Position numbers and translations under genes: made by a program
NCBI GenBank assembly: GCA_903831805.1
Contig: CAIKZD010000016.1
Coordinates: forward strand, 1-59,129
DNA from: an uncultured bacterium
GTDB taxonomy: Bacteria; Patescibacteriota; Minisyncoccia; Moranbacterales; UBA2206
Length of the DNA stretch: 59,129 nucleotides
Direction: 5' to 3'
Shown: positions 27,621 through 35,548 of the stretch, piece by piece
How positions within the stretch are numbered: the stretch's first letter is position 1
Layout: every line of letters begins with the position of its first letter
Notes under the pieces: model-generated
What the model was told of the DNA's origin: nothing
Seen by the model: only the letters and a program-made list of their open reading frames with translations
Databases searched by the model: none

Positions 27621-28754
27621 ATGTCTATACTTAAAAAAATATTTTTTCTTTCGGTTTTTGTCTTTGTTTTGTCGCTGCTTTTTTGGGGCATCTATAAACT
27701 TTCTTTTAAAGATAATTCCGCCACTGTCGCGGATAAAACTTCGACTAAGCCCGCGACACCAGTCGCCGCCGCGAATAAGATCGAGCCGGTTTCTGGAGAA
27801 GCAGTCATTGCGCCGACTTTGGCGGCGGATGGGAATAGTCTGAACTATTTTTTGGAAAAATCAGGACAACTTTTGCAAGTGGATTTTTACGGCAAGGTGC
27901 AACAGACCCTCTCGGCTAAAAATATTTCCAATTTGTCGGATGCGTATTGGTCGATAGATAAATTGAAACTGGTCATTAAGACTAAGGCGTCCGATAATGG
28001 TGCAACCTTTTCTTTTTTGGATCTTGCTTCCGGAGAAACTAAACCCTTGAAAGACAATTTGGACGAGGTGGCGTGGCAGACCAATGCCAACCGGATCCTG
28101 TATAAATATTACAGTCCTGAGACGAAAGAGCGCACGCTGAATGTGGCCGATCCGGATGGGAGCAATTGGACTAAGATCGCGGATTTGAACTATAAAAGTC
28201 TATCTGTGGCGCAAATTCCCAAGACCGGGTTGATTTCTTTCTGGAATACCGGTGATGCCTACGTCCAAACAAATTTTCAAGCCATCCCACTGCTTGGCGG
28301 GACGGCGAAAACTATTCTCGCGACTGGTTTTGGCGCGGATTATCTGTGGAACTTTTCAGGCGATTGGGCCTTGATCAGTCACAGCGATTCTCAAGGCGGG
28401 GCCAAGATGGAATTGGGGATGGTGAATGTGAATGGTGGGGAGTATAAAAATCTAGGCATCCCGACTTTCATCGACAAGTGTGTTTGGGCGGAAAATGGCC
28501 AAGCCATCTACTATGCCTTGCCCGGAGGGATTCCTGACAATTCCGTCTTGCCCAATGATTATAAAGCCGGGAAGTTCAAAACTGCAGATACTTTCTGGAA
28601 AGTCAATATTAAGACCGGAGAAAAAACTCGTTTGATTGAGACGGCGGATATCCCCGGGCAATATGATGCCAGTCAACTATTTTTGAATAAAAGTGAAAGC
28701 CTGCTTTTTTTCGTGAATAAAATTGATGGCAAGTTGTATCGATTGACGCTTTAA
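27621..28754 (+). CDS. Membrane-anchored beta-propeller-like (TolB/PD40-like) protein
   Basis: 377 aa with an N-terminal anchor (FFLSVFVFVLSLLFWGIY) and repetitive beta-rich segments. Last gene of the co-directional block. Confidence 0.55.
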   Translation: MSILKKIFFLSVFVFVLSLLFWGIYKLSFKDNSATVADKTSTKPATPVAAANKIEPVSGEAVIAPTLAADGNSLNYFLEKSGQLLQVDFYGKVQQTLSAKNISNLSDAYWSIDKLKLVIKTKASDNGATFSFLDLASGETKPLKDNLDEVAWQTNANRILYKYYSPETKERTLNVADPDGSNWTKIADLNYKSLSVAQIPKTGLISFWNTGDAYVQTNFQAIPLLGGTAKTILATGFGADYLWNFSGDWALISHSDSQGGAKMELGMVNVNGGEYKNLGIPTFIDKCVWAENGQAIYYALPGGIPDNSVLPNDYKAGKFKTADTFWKVNIKTGEKTRLIETADIPGQYDASQLFLNKSESLLFFVNKIDGKLYRLTL

Positions 28755-28770
28755 AAATAGAATTGGTTTT

Positions 28771-29976
28771 TTATTTTAGCGCCAAGAAGTTGAGCCAGAA
28801 GACGACTGCTAAATCATTTTTGAAATAAGTGGTGTCAAAAAATCCATGCGCTAAGATATAGACCATGATACCTAAGGCCAAAATACTAATCGTGTTTTGG
28901 TTTTTGTTTTTCAATAGATCTCTGGTCAGCAAGAATGCCAGTCCTAGAAAACCGATGAGGCCCAATAGTCCGCCTGAGAGCCAAAGATCCAAATATAAAT
29001 TCTGCGGATGCGGGACGGCCCATTCCAGATAGGGCGGATAAAATTTTTGGTATTCCAAATATGCCTTTTGAAAATTAGCCGGACCAATGCCACGTACTGG
29101 GTTGTCTAAAATCATCTGTCCGGCTGAGCGCCAAATCGTCAATCGCGAGACTAAGGATGATCGCGGGCGAAGCTCTGTTAAGTTTTTGAATTTTTCACTA
29201 TTGATTTGAAAAGATAGAAAACTAAAAACCATTATGGTTAACGCGGTGAATACGATGAGTAGCCTCTTGGCTTTTCGTGAGACTGCCCGAGTCCAGAGAA
29301 CCACCCCGCTACCTAAGAGCATTGCCCCAAAAGTGGCGTAGGAAAGTGTGAAGAACAATGCTCCAGCGATAATGAACAGCGAGAAAATCTGCCAGCTATG
29401 GGCCCGTTGTTCTATTACTTGAGTCCCATCTTTTTTTTGGTTGTCATAACACAATCGCCAAAAACCAATAATGATGCCCGGCGCCAGATACATCGCCAAG
29501 TAATTAGGCGAGTTGAAAAAAGCTTCCAATCTTTCGTCATAAGTCAGTCGTCCGAGGAGCAAATACCCCCATGCAATTAGGGCCACAAAAAAAGCCGACT
29601 GGCCATAGACAAAAAAGATCTGCCTAATTTTTTCTTTGGCAATAACATCCGCTCCAATCAGCATGACTGCCAAGGGCAGGAGAAACCAGCTTTTTATGAT
29701 ACTGAGTGATTGCCAAGTCTGCCCATGGGAAAAAGTTGACCAAAAAAGTCCACCGAGCATCATGGCGCTACAAAAAATATATGGCCGATAAGCAGAATAA
29801 AAGGTTCTTATTTTTTCCGCTCGATAAAAAACCATCAGCCACCATAAACTAGCGCCGATTATCAAAATTTCCAGCACGTTCGTCCGCAATAGCCAAAGCT
29901 GCACCTTAATCAGATAAACCGGTAGGAAAAAAACGATGCCATAGATTAAATTTTCTAAGCTAAAGTATTGGCGCAT
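28771..29976 (-). CDS. O-antigen ligase-like (Wzy_C domain) membrane protein
   Basis: 401 aa with at least ten hydrophobic spans. An extracytoplasmic loop followed by HPQNLYLDLWLSGGLLGLIGF is typical of the Wzy_C family. Confidence 0.7.
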   Translation of the reverse strand: MRQYFSLENLIYGIVFFLPVYLIKVQLWLLRTNVLEILIIGASLWWLMVFYRAEKIRTFYSAYRPYIFCSAMMLGGLFWSTFSHGQTWQSLSIIKSWFLLPLAVMLIGADVIAKEKIRQIFFVYGQSAFFVALIAWGYLLLGRLTYDERLEAFFNSPNYLAMYLAPGIIIGFWRLCYDNQKKDGTQVIEQRAHSWQIFSLFIIAGALFFTLSYATFGAMLLGSGVVLWTRAVSRKAKRLLIVFTALTIMVFSFLSFQINSEKFKNLTELRPRSSLVSRLTIWRSAGQMILDNPVRGIGPANFQKAYLEYQKFYPPYLEWAVPHPQNLYLDLWLSGGLLGLIGFLGLAFLLTRDLLKNKNQNTISILALGIMVYILAHGFFDTTYFKNDLAVVFWLNFLALK

Positions 29977-31231
29977 AGTTTTCTGGGATATTGGAAAAAG
30001 CGATAATCATCAAAACGAGCGTCAAAACGACGGGCGAATAGAGGCCTGTTTCCACCACAGAATGCACGGCAAAGATAATGAGGCTCATCGCGGCACCAAG
30101 ATAGAGCTTGTCTTCAGGTGCTTTTTTCATAAAACTCCGGACAGCAAAAAATAAAACACCACTCCAAGCTATAGCTGTCAGTAGGCCCGCTTCTGCCGCC
30201 ACATCCAAGTAGGTGTTATGGGCATAAATCGGTTCTCGATAAGTGGCGAGGGGTGAAACCGTCAAAGGAAAATTGCCAATACCTACGCCGTGTGTAGGAT
30301 GTTCCAAAATAGTTTCGGCGGCTTTTTGCCACATAAAGAGTCGCCCAACATTAGAGCCTTCCGTCGCGTCAAAACTGGAAAAAAACCGCGAAGAAATCGG
30401 GCCGGGAATAATCATGGCAAGTGCTAGAAAAAGCATACCTAAAAGAAATGCAATTTTATATTTTCGCACCAGATGGCGTTGAAACACCAAGCCCAAGGCC
30501 AGTGTTCCGCCCAGCAAGCCCAAATAGCCGCCCCGAGAAAAAGTGAGCAAGTCCGCCAGAAAAATGGTGCCGGCACAAACTAACCATAACTTTTTTTTCT
30601 GTTCGAAAAACAACGCCAAGGCTAAAGGTAGCAGCAGGCCGAGGAACAGCGCGAACATGTGCGGATCAGGGAAAATGGCAATGGCCCGGAAATAGGTGTG
30701 CCCGGAAACATTCACTAGCCAGGAGGGATGAGCGAAAACCGCTTGGGAAAAAGTTTCGCCTAAAAAAATAACGGCTACATATTTTGCCCACAGAAGATAT
30801 AGTCGGTCGATGCCTAGCCAAAATTGGGCACTAAATTGCAAAATGCCTAGCATGGCCACTGCCATTCCGGAAACTACTAGCCAGGCAGCTACTTTTTTGA
30901 AAGCGGACTTATTTGTAACCACGCTGGCCACGACGAAATAAATTGGAAAAATTGAGAACAGGAAAGCCAACTTTCTTAGGCTCCAATCGACGTTTCTGGC
31001 AAAAAACAAGGAAAAGAAATTTAAAAAAAGAAAAAGCACGAGGAAGCCGGTCTGAAAACTATGGGCCAGCTTTATTTTTCTATCTCGCAAGCCTTTGGCT
31101 AGCCATAATAAAAAGACACCCAGAATAAGTACGCGGATAGACGCTAGGTCAACGCCAGGAGCTGGATTAAGCGCCACCTGGAAAGGCAGGTACGCCGCTA
31201 AAAGTAGCACGAGAGAAAACAACATATCCAT
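29960..31231 (-). CDS. O-antigen ligase-like (Wzy_C domain) membrane protein, paralog
   Basis: 423 aa, polytopic, with FSRGGYLGLLGG and HNTYLDVAAEAGLL motifs. Its stop overlaps the downstream paralog start by 17 nt. Confidence 0.7.
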   Translation of the reverse strand: MDMLFSLVLLLAAYLPFQVALNPAPGVDLASIRVLILGVFLLWLAKGLRDRKIKLAHSFQTGFLVLFLFLNFFSLFFARNVDWSLRKLAFLFSIFPIYFVVASVVTNKSAFKKVAAWLVVSGMAVAMLGILQFSAQFWLGIDRLYLLWAKYVAVIFLGETFSQAVFAHPSWLVNVSGHTYFRAIAIFPDPHMFALFLGLLLPLALALFFEQKKKLWLVCAGTIFLADLLTFSRGGYLGLLGGTLALGLVFQRHLVRKYKIAFLLGMLFLALAMIIPGPISSRFFSSFDATEGSNVGRLFMWQKAAETILEHPTHGVGIGNFPLTVSPLATYREPIYAHNTYLDVAAEAGLLTAIAWSGVLFFAVRSFMKKAPEDKLYLGAAMSLIIFAVHSVVETGLYSPVVLTLVLMIIAFSNIPENYAPIL

Positions 31232-32139
31232 TAGAAGAGGGGCTTAGTGCAACAAATAGCATAGTAAGCCCGTTGCGTCATACTGGCCATCTCTTTTTTA
31301 AAAATTTTTAGTTCTATCCAATTTACTAGCCAAGCAGTTCCAAAGAAAATGGCTGCCCAAGGGAGGAGATAGGTCGGCGTATTATTTTTGAAAAATAATA
31401 GCGTCGCTAAGATAGATGTATATTGTGCTTCTCTGGTCGTATCGACGCTTTTTCCTAAGTAAGTCACTTGGAGCATAGGGCAGAGTAATAATTTGTAGCC
31501 GGCCACCTTTGCTTGAAAACCCAACTGCGTCTCTCCACCGGAAAGGAGATACGCTTCATTCAAAAGCCCGGTTTTCCGAAAAACTTCGGCGCGGATAAGC
31601 GTAGTGCCACTTGGCAAATAGTCCAAGCGGAAGTCGTTTTCTTTGTGGACATCTAGCGCAGGCTCAAGTCTCATCTTGAGCCAGCTTATTTTTCCACCCG
31701 CCAAAACTAACTTGCGATTATTTTCAAAGACCAGTGGACTGTCAAGGCCAATCTGTGGGTCTTTTTCCATTTCGCTAATTAGTGCGGGCAGGATATTTTT
31801 TAGTCCGCGAATACCTTGTCTTAAGAGTAGGACGTACTGCGCCCCGCGTTCCAGCGCATATTTGATGCCTACATTCATGGCGCCGGCCACTCCGATGTCT
31901 GCACTATTTTTAATCACAATCACCTTGGAAAAGCTGCCTCGAACCTCCTCCAATGAACCGTCATTGGAATTGTTATCCACCAGAACAACTTCAAAGTTAG
32001 TATAGTCAAGACGAAAAATTTCAGTCATGGTTGCAAAAATGAAAGCATGACCATTACAATTTGGGATGATGATAAAAACCTTCGGAGCCTTCTCTCCTTC
32101 CGAAATAATTTTTTCTGTATTTTTCATAATATTCTCCAA
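31231..32139 (-). CDS. Family 2 glycosyltransferase
   Basis: 302 aa with VFIIIPNCNG and VVLVDNNSNDGS motifs. Its stop overlaps the downstream start by 1 nt (TAATG). Confidence 0.85.
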   Translation of the reverse strand: MENIMKNTEKIISEGEKAPKVFIIIPNCNGHAFIFATMTEIFRLDYTNFEVVLVDNNSNDGSLEEVRGSFSKVIVIKNSADIGVAGAMNVGIKYALERGAQYVLLLRQGIRGLKNILPALISEMEKDPQIGLDSPLVFENNRKLVLAGGKISWLKMRLEPALDVHKENDFRLDYLPSGTTLIRAEVFRKTGLLNEAYLLSGGETQLGFQAKVAGYKLLLCPMLQVTYLGKSVDTTREAQYTSILATLLFFKNNTPTYLLPWAAIFFGTAWLVNWIELKIFKKEMASMTQRAYYAICCTKPLF

Positions 32140-32172
32140 CCTTTTATATTGTGTCAGCCTACCCCTCGCCTT

Positions 32173-33612
32173 TTAAAGAGGATTGTATTCCTGAACGCCC
32201 TTCTTACTGATGATACTTTTGATATCATCCGCCTTAATCACCCCAAACAGCCAAAGAGCAATGACATAGACGGCTGTTCCGGAAATAGCCAAGAGAAAAA
32301 AATTGATTCTCTGGAAAAAGAAAAAGTATGTCGCCATAACTACGCCGGAACTCAGGATTCCATAGAAATTTTCGGCGGTCGGCAAATATTTAAGGTCTTT
32401 TATGATGACATAGAACGTAGCCCCCGTCACAAACAGCTCCGTCAGGACTGAAATCCAGGCCGCCGCCATATAAGAATATCTCGGAATGAAAATCAAATTA
32501 GCCACCACGTTGAAAACAGCCGCTAAGAACATTATCACCATTAATTTTTTTTGCTTATTGCCGACAATCAAGATGGAGTTTGAAAAATTACTGAAAAAGA
32601 TGGCCGCCAAAGCAAAAATTAAGATTTTCAAAACCACAGCTGCCTTTTCAAAGCCGCTGCCTCCGATGAGATGGACTATCCCGCCGGAAAGAAACATGGT
32701 GCCCACTACTAATGCCACCACAAAAATCCAAAAAATCTTATATATCTTGTCAGAGATATCCTTAAAGCGCGCTTTGTCGGAAAAAATAGTTTGAGACATG
32801 ATAGGGAAAACGAGTCCAGCCATCATAGTGGGAAAAAATGTGATATTTTCAATAACTTTATACGCCGCATTGTAAATGCCGACCTCGGCGCTGGTTTTCA
32901 TGACTGAAAGAAGGATAGTATCAATCTTAAAATAAATAAATCCAATAAAAGCAGCAATGCCCAGGGGATAGGACTCTTTCACAAAAACTTTCCAATATTC
33001 AAAATCGAACCTCAACCGAAAAGATATATATTTTTTTGATAAGAGATATACTGCGGTGAAGCTAAACACCATATTGAAAAGCAGTGAAGAAATGATCCAT
33101 AAAAATCCCAGATCAAGCTTTATCACCAAAAAAATCATCGATACTTGGATGATTTTTCCGATCAGCTCCACAAAAGCCACCTTATCCATGGCTAAATTTT
33201 TCTGGAAGACACCATTCAACACTTGATAGGAAGAGGAAAAAATGAAGGAGATGGCAATCAGAAAAATAGCTTCTTTCAGCTCGATAGGGTAGGGTAGGAA
33301 CCAAAAAATGGCCGGCGAAAGCAAGAGTACAATGACCGAAGTGATGATTCTTAGAGAAAAAATGTTGCCGATTATTTTGGCTTCGTCCGCTCCAGGCCTG
33401 GAAATTTCTCGCGTAGCAGTAGAATAAAGACCAAGGTCAGCAATCGCTGAAAAGAGCGCTAAAAAAGCCAACAAAGTAGCATACTCACCAAAACCAAAAG
33501 CGCCTAAATAGCGAGTGATCAGCCCGATGGAAAGTAGTGCTAAAACAGTCGAAATAATCTTGGAAGCACTGCTCACAATCACATTGTAAGCAATTTTACG
33601 AGCGATTACCAT
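32173..33612 (-). CDS. Wzx-like polysaccharide/oligosaccharide flippase (MOP superfamily)
   Basis: 479 aa with about 12-14 hydrophobic spans. The N-terminus and overall architecture are typical of polysaccharide biosynthesis (Wzx) proteins. Confidence 0.75.
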   Translation of the reverse strand: MVIARKIAYNVIVSSASKIISTVLALLSIGLITRYLGAFGFGEYATLLAFLALFSAIADLGLYSTATREISRPGADEAKIIGNIFSLRIITSVIVLLLSPAIFWFLPYPIELKEAIFLIAISFIFSSSYQVLNGVFQKNLAMDKVAFVELIGKIIQVSMIFLVIKLDLGFLWIISSLLFNMVFSFTAVYLLSKKYISFRLRFDFEYWKVFVKESYPLGIAAFIGFIYFKIDTILLSVMKTSAEVGIYNAAYKVIENITFFPTMMAGLVFPIMSQTIFSDKARFKDISDKIYKIFWIFVVALVVGTMFLSGGIVHLIGGSGFEKAAVVLKILIFALAAIFFSNFSNSILIVGNKQKKLMVIMFLAAVFNVVANLIFIPRYSYMAAAWISVLTELFVTGATFYVIIKDLKYLPTAENFYGILSSGVVMATYFFFFQRINFFLLAISGTAVYVIALWLFGVIKADDIKSIISKKGVQEYNPL

Positions 33613-33652
33613 AATCCAGTGGGTGAATAAATTTTTAACTCCGGAAGAGCAT

Positions 33653-34129
33653 CTAGACAGGTTTAATGATGACTTGCCTTTCCTCTCCTTCTCCGATACT
33701 CTCTGTTTTTATTTGATCATTGCTAGAGAGTTCCATATGGACCAAGCGTCTTTCATAGGGAGACATTGGCCGCAAGACAATCGCTTTTTGTTCGGCAATG
33801 ACTCTCTCCGCCATGCTTTTAGCGAGGACAGAAATGGACTCGTTTTTTTCTTGGCGATAGAAGTTGACATCCAGGATGAAGTCAGCCTTCTCCTCAGTTT
33901 TTTTTCGGACAATCACTCGCGCCAGATGCTGCAAGGCTTGTAAATTTACCCCATATTGACCGATTAGATAACTTGATTCTTCCGTTTTAACATTGCAGAC
34001 CAAATTTTCTTTCTCACCTTGAAAAACCTCTTTCATTTCAACCTCACTCTCGATGTTCATTTTTTTCGTTAGATCTAAAACCACCTGCTGAATTGTTTTT
34101 TTGATGTCAATCGGATCTTGCTCTTCCAT
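33653..34129 (-). CDS. khpB: Jag/KhpB-like RNA-binding protein (KH + R3H)
   Basis: 158 aa with the R3H motif region ERRLVHMELS. It sits in conserved synteny downstream of yidC. Confidence 0.8.
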   Translation of the reverse strand: MEEQDPIDIKKTIQQVVLDLTKKMNIESEVEMKEVFQGEKENLVCNVKTEESSYLIGQYGVNLQALQHLARVIVRKKTEEKADFILDVNFYRQEKNESISVLAKSMAERVIAEQKAIVLRPMSPYERRLVHMELSSNDQIKTESIGEGEERQVIIKPV

Positions 34130-34149
34130 ATATTTTAAATTAGGTTAAA

Positions 34150-34920
34150 TTACTTGATTTGTGTTCCCGGGCGGAGGGCTGGATTCTTTATCAATTTCTT
34201 CTGTTGCATTATAGCAAAAACAGTCGAAACGAGCCAATAGAGTGCCAGTCCAGTTGGAAACTTTACCCCGATAAAAAGGGTTAAGAGTGGTCCGAGGTAC
34301 ATCATTTGGGTGGACATCGTGCTGGCCAAATCAGGTGTAGCGGAGGCCGTTTTCGGCTTAGCCGGCATAATCATCTTGATTTGAAAATACTGAGCCACTG
34401 CCGCTGCTACAATTAGCATGATTTGAAAAAAAGATCCCACGCTCAGATGCCCGAAATTGATGGTTTTGGAAAGATCCACTAGCCCGAGGAAATATTGATT
34501 TATCTGCCCGGGATTGGGGATGAATAAATACAATTCTTTTGGATCTACGAGCAATCCCATTTTAGAAATATTGAATAAAACCCTGTAAATGGCGATTAAA
34601 AAGACTAATTGAAAAATGGTGGGCAAGCAGCCGGAAAAGGGGTTGGTTTTATTAGTCTTATAAAATTCCATTAAAGCTTTGCTTTGTTTTTCCTTATCTT
34701 TTTTGTATTTTTCCTGAATTTCCTTGATTTTTGGCTGCAATTCTTGCATTTTCTTTTGCGATTCGATTTGTTTTTTGGACAAAGGCAAAAGAGCTAGCTT
34801 GATAAGGATGGTAACGATGATAATGGCGAGGCCAAAATCATGAAAAGACAAGGTGTTATAGACAAAAATCAAAAGATTATAAAGCGGGCGGTATACAATC
34901 TCATTAAACAAAAACCCCAT
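34150..34920 (-). CDS. yidC: Membrane protein insertase YidC (short form)
   Basis: 256 aa with a YidC/Oxa1 core (NPFSGCLPTIFQLVFLIAIY, PTGLALYWLVS). It follows rnpA. Confidence 0.9.
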   Translation of the reverse strand: MGFLFNEIVYRPLYNLLIFVYNTLSFHDFGLAIIIVTILIKLALLPLSKKQIESQKKMQELQPKIKEIQEKYKKDKEKQSKALMEFYKTNKTNPFSGCLPTIFQLVFLIAIYRVLFNISKMGLLVDPKELYLFIPNPGQINQYFLGLVDLSKTINFGHLSVGSFFQIMLIVAAAVAQYFQIKMIMPAKPKTASATPDLASTMSTQMMYLGPLLTLFIGVKFPTGLALYWLVSTVFAIMQQKKLIKNPALRPGTQIK

Positions 34921-34934
34921 GTTTTTTATTTTAT

Positions 34935-35279
34935 TTATTTAATCAGCAAGTTTCCTCGTTGCAAGGCATTTTTCAAGCTTTGCTCAAGTTTTTGATAGGT
35001 TGGCTCAGTCGCTTCCTTTTTCAGCATAATCACGATGTCGCATCCGCTTTTCATCTCCTCCAGGTGTTTTCTGACGATGTCACGCAACCATCTTTTGGCT
35101 TGATTGCGCGCCACGGCCGTAGAAGAGAATTTAATGCCGATAGAAAAGCCGATTCTGATCGTGTTAAGTTTATTACTCGCCACCTTTAAAGAAACATTTT
35201 CAGAAGAAAAAAATCGGCCATTTTTGTACACTAAGTCGAAATCTTTGCCTAAAGTAAGCCTATTTTCGCGAGAAAGCAT
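34935..35279 (-). CDS. rnpA: Ribonuclease P protein component
   Basis: 114 aa, basic, with the RNR-type motif region VARNQAKRWLRD. It lies immediately downstream of rpmH. Confidence 0.9.
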   Translation of the reverse strand: MLSRENRLTLGKDFDLVYKNGRFFSSENVSLKVASNKLNTIRIGFSIGIKFSSTAVARNQAKRWLRDIVRKHLEEMKSGCDIVIMLKKEATEPTYQKLEQSLKNALQRGNLLIK

Positions 35280-35283
35280 CTTT

Positions 35284-35421
35284 TTAAACGGTGGTTAGTT
35301 TTTTCCTGCCCTTCTGGCGTCTGCGCTTGATGACATTTTGTCCGGAGCTGGTTTCTTGGCGCTTGAGAAAGCCGTGGCTGTTCCTTCTTTTGGTAGTTTT
35401 CGGTTTGTAGGTAACGCTCAT
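35284..35421 (-). CDS. rpmH: 50S ribosomal protein L34
   Basis: Not in the ORF track (45 aa). My translation is [45 protein letters not shown], with ATG at 35421 and TAA at 35284-35286. Confidence 0.9.
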   Translation of the reverse strand: MSVTYKPKTTKRRNSHGFLKRQETSSGQNVIKRRRQKGRKKLTTV

Positions 35422-35457
35422 ATATTTCCTTATAAGTTAAAAGTTTAAGTACTTAGA

Positions 35458-35486
35458 AGTGTACCAGTTACAGATGCAAAAGTCAA
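35458..35486 (-). promoter_or_regulatory. Candidate promoter of rpmH-rnpA-yidC-khpB
   Basis: On the minus strand: TTGACT (35486-35481), 17-nt spacer, TACACT (35463-35458), ~35 nt upstream of the rpmH ATG. Confidence 0.45.
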
Positions 35487-35548
35487 TTAAGCTGGATGAT
35501 TAGACGCCATAATTTGATTTTACATCCTCGGCGTGGTAGTTTAAGAAT

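Noticed and set aside
11543-28754. Interpretation as an integrative conjugative element or prophage-like island.
   Set aside because: There is no integrase, relaxase, coupling protein, replication gene or flanking tRNA/att-like direct repeat in the window. Flanking genes are ordinary housekeeping genes, and no obvious compositional break is visible by eye.
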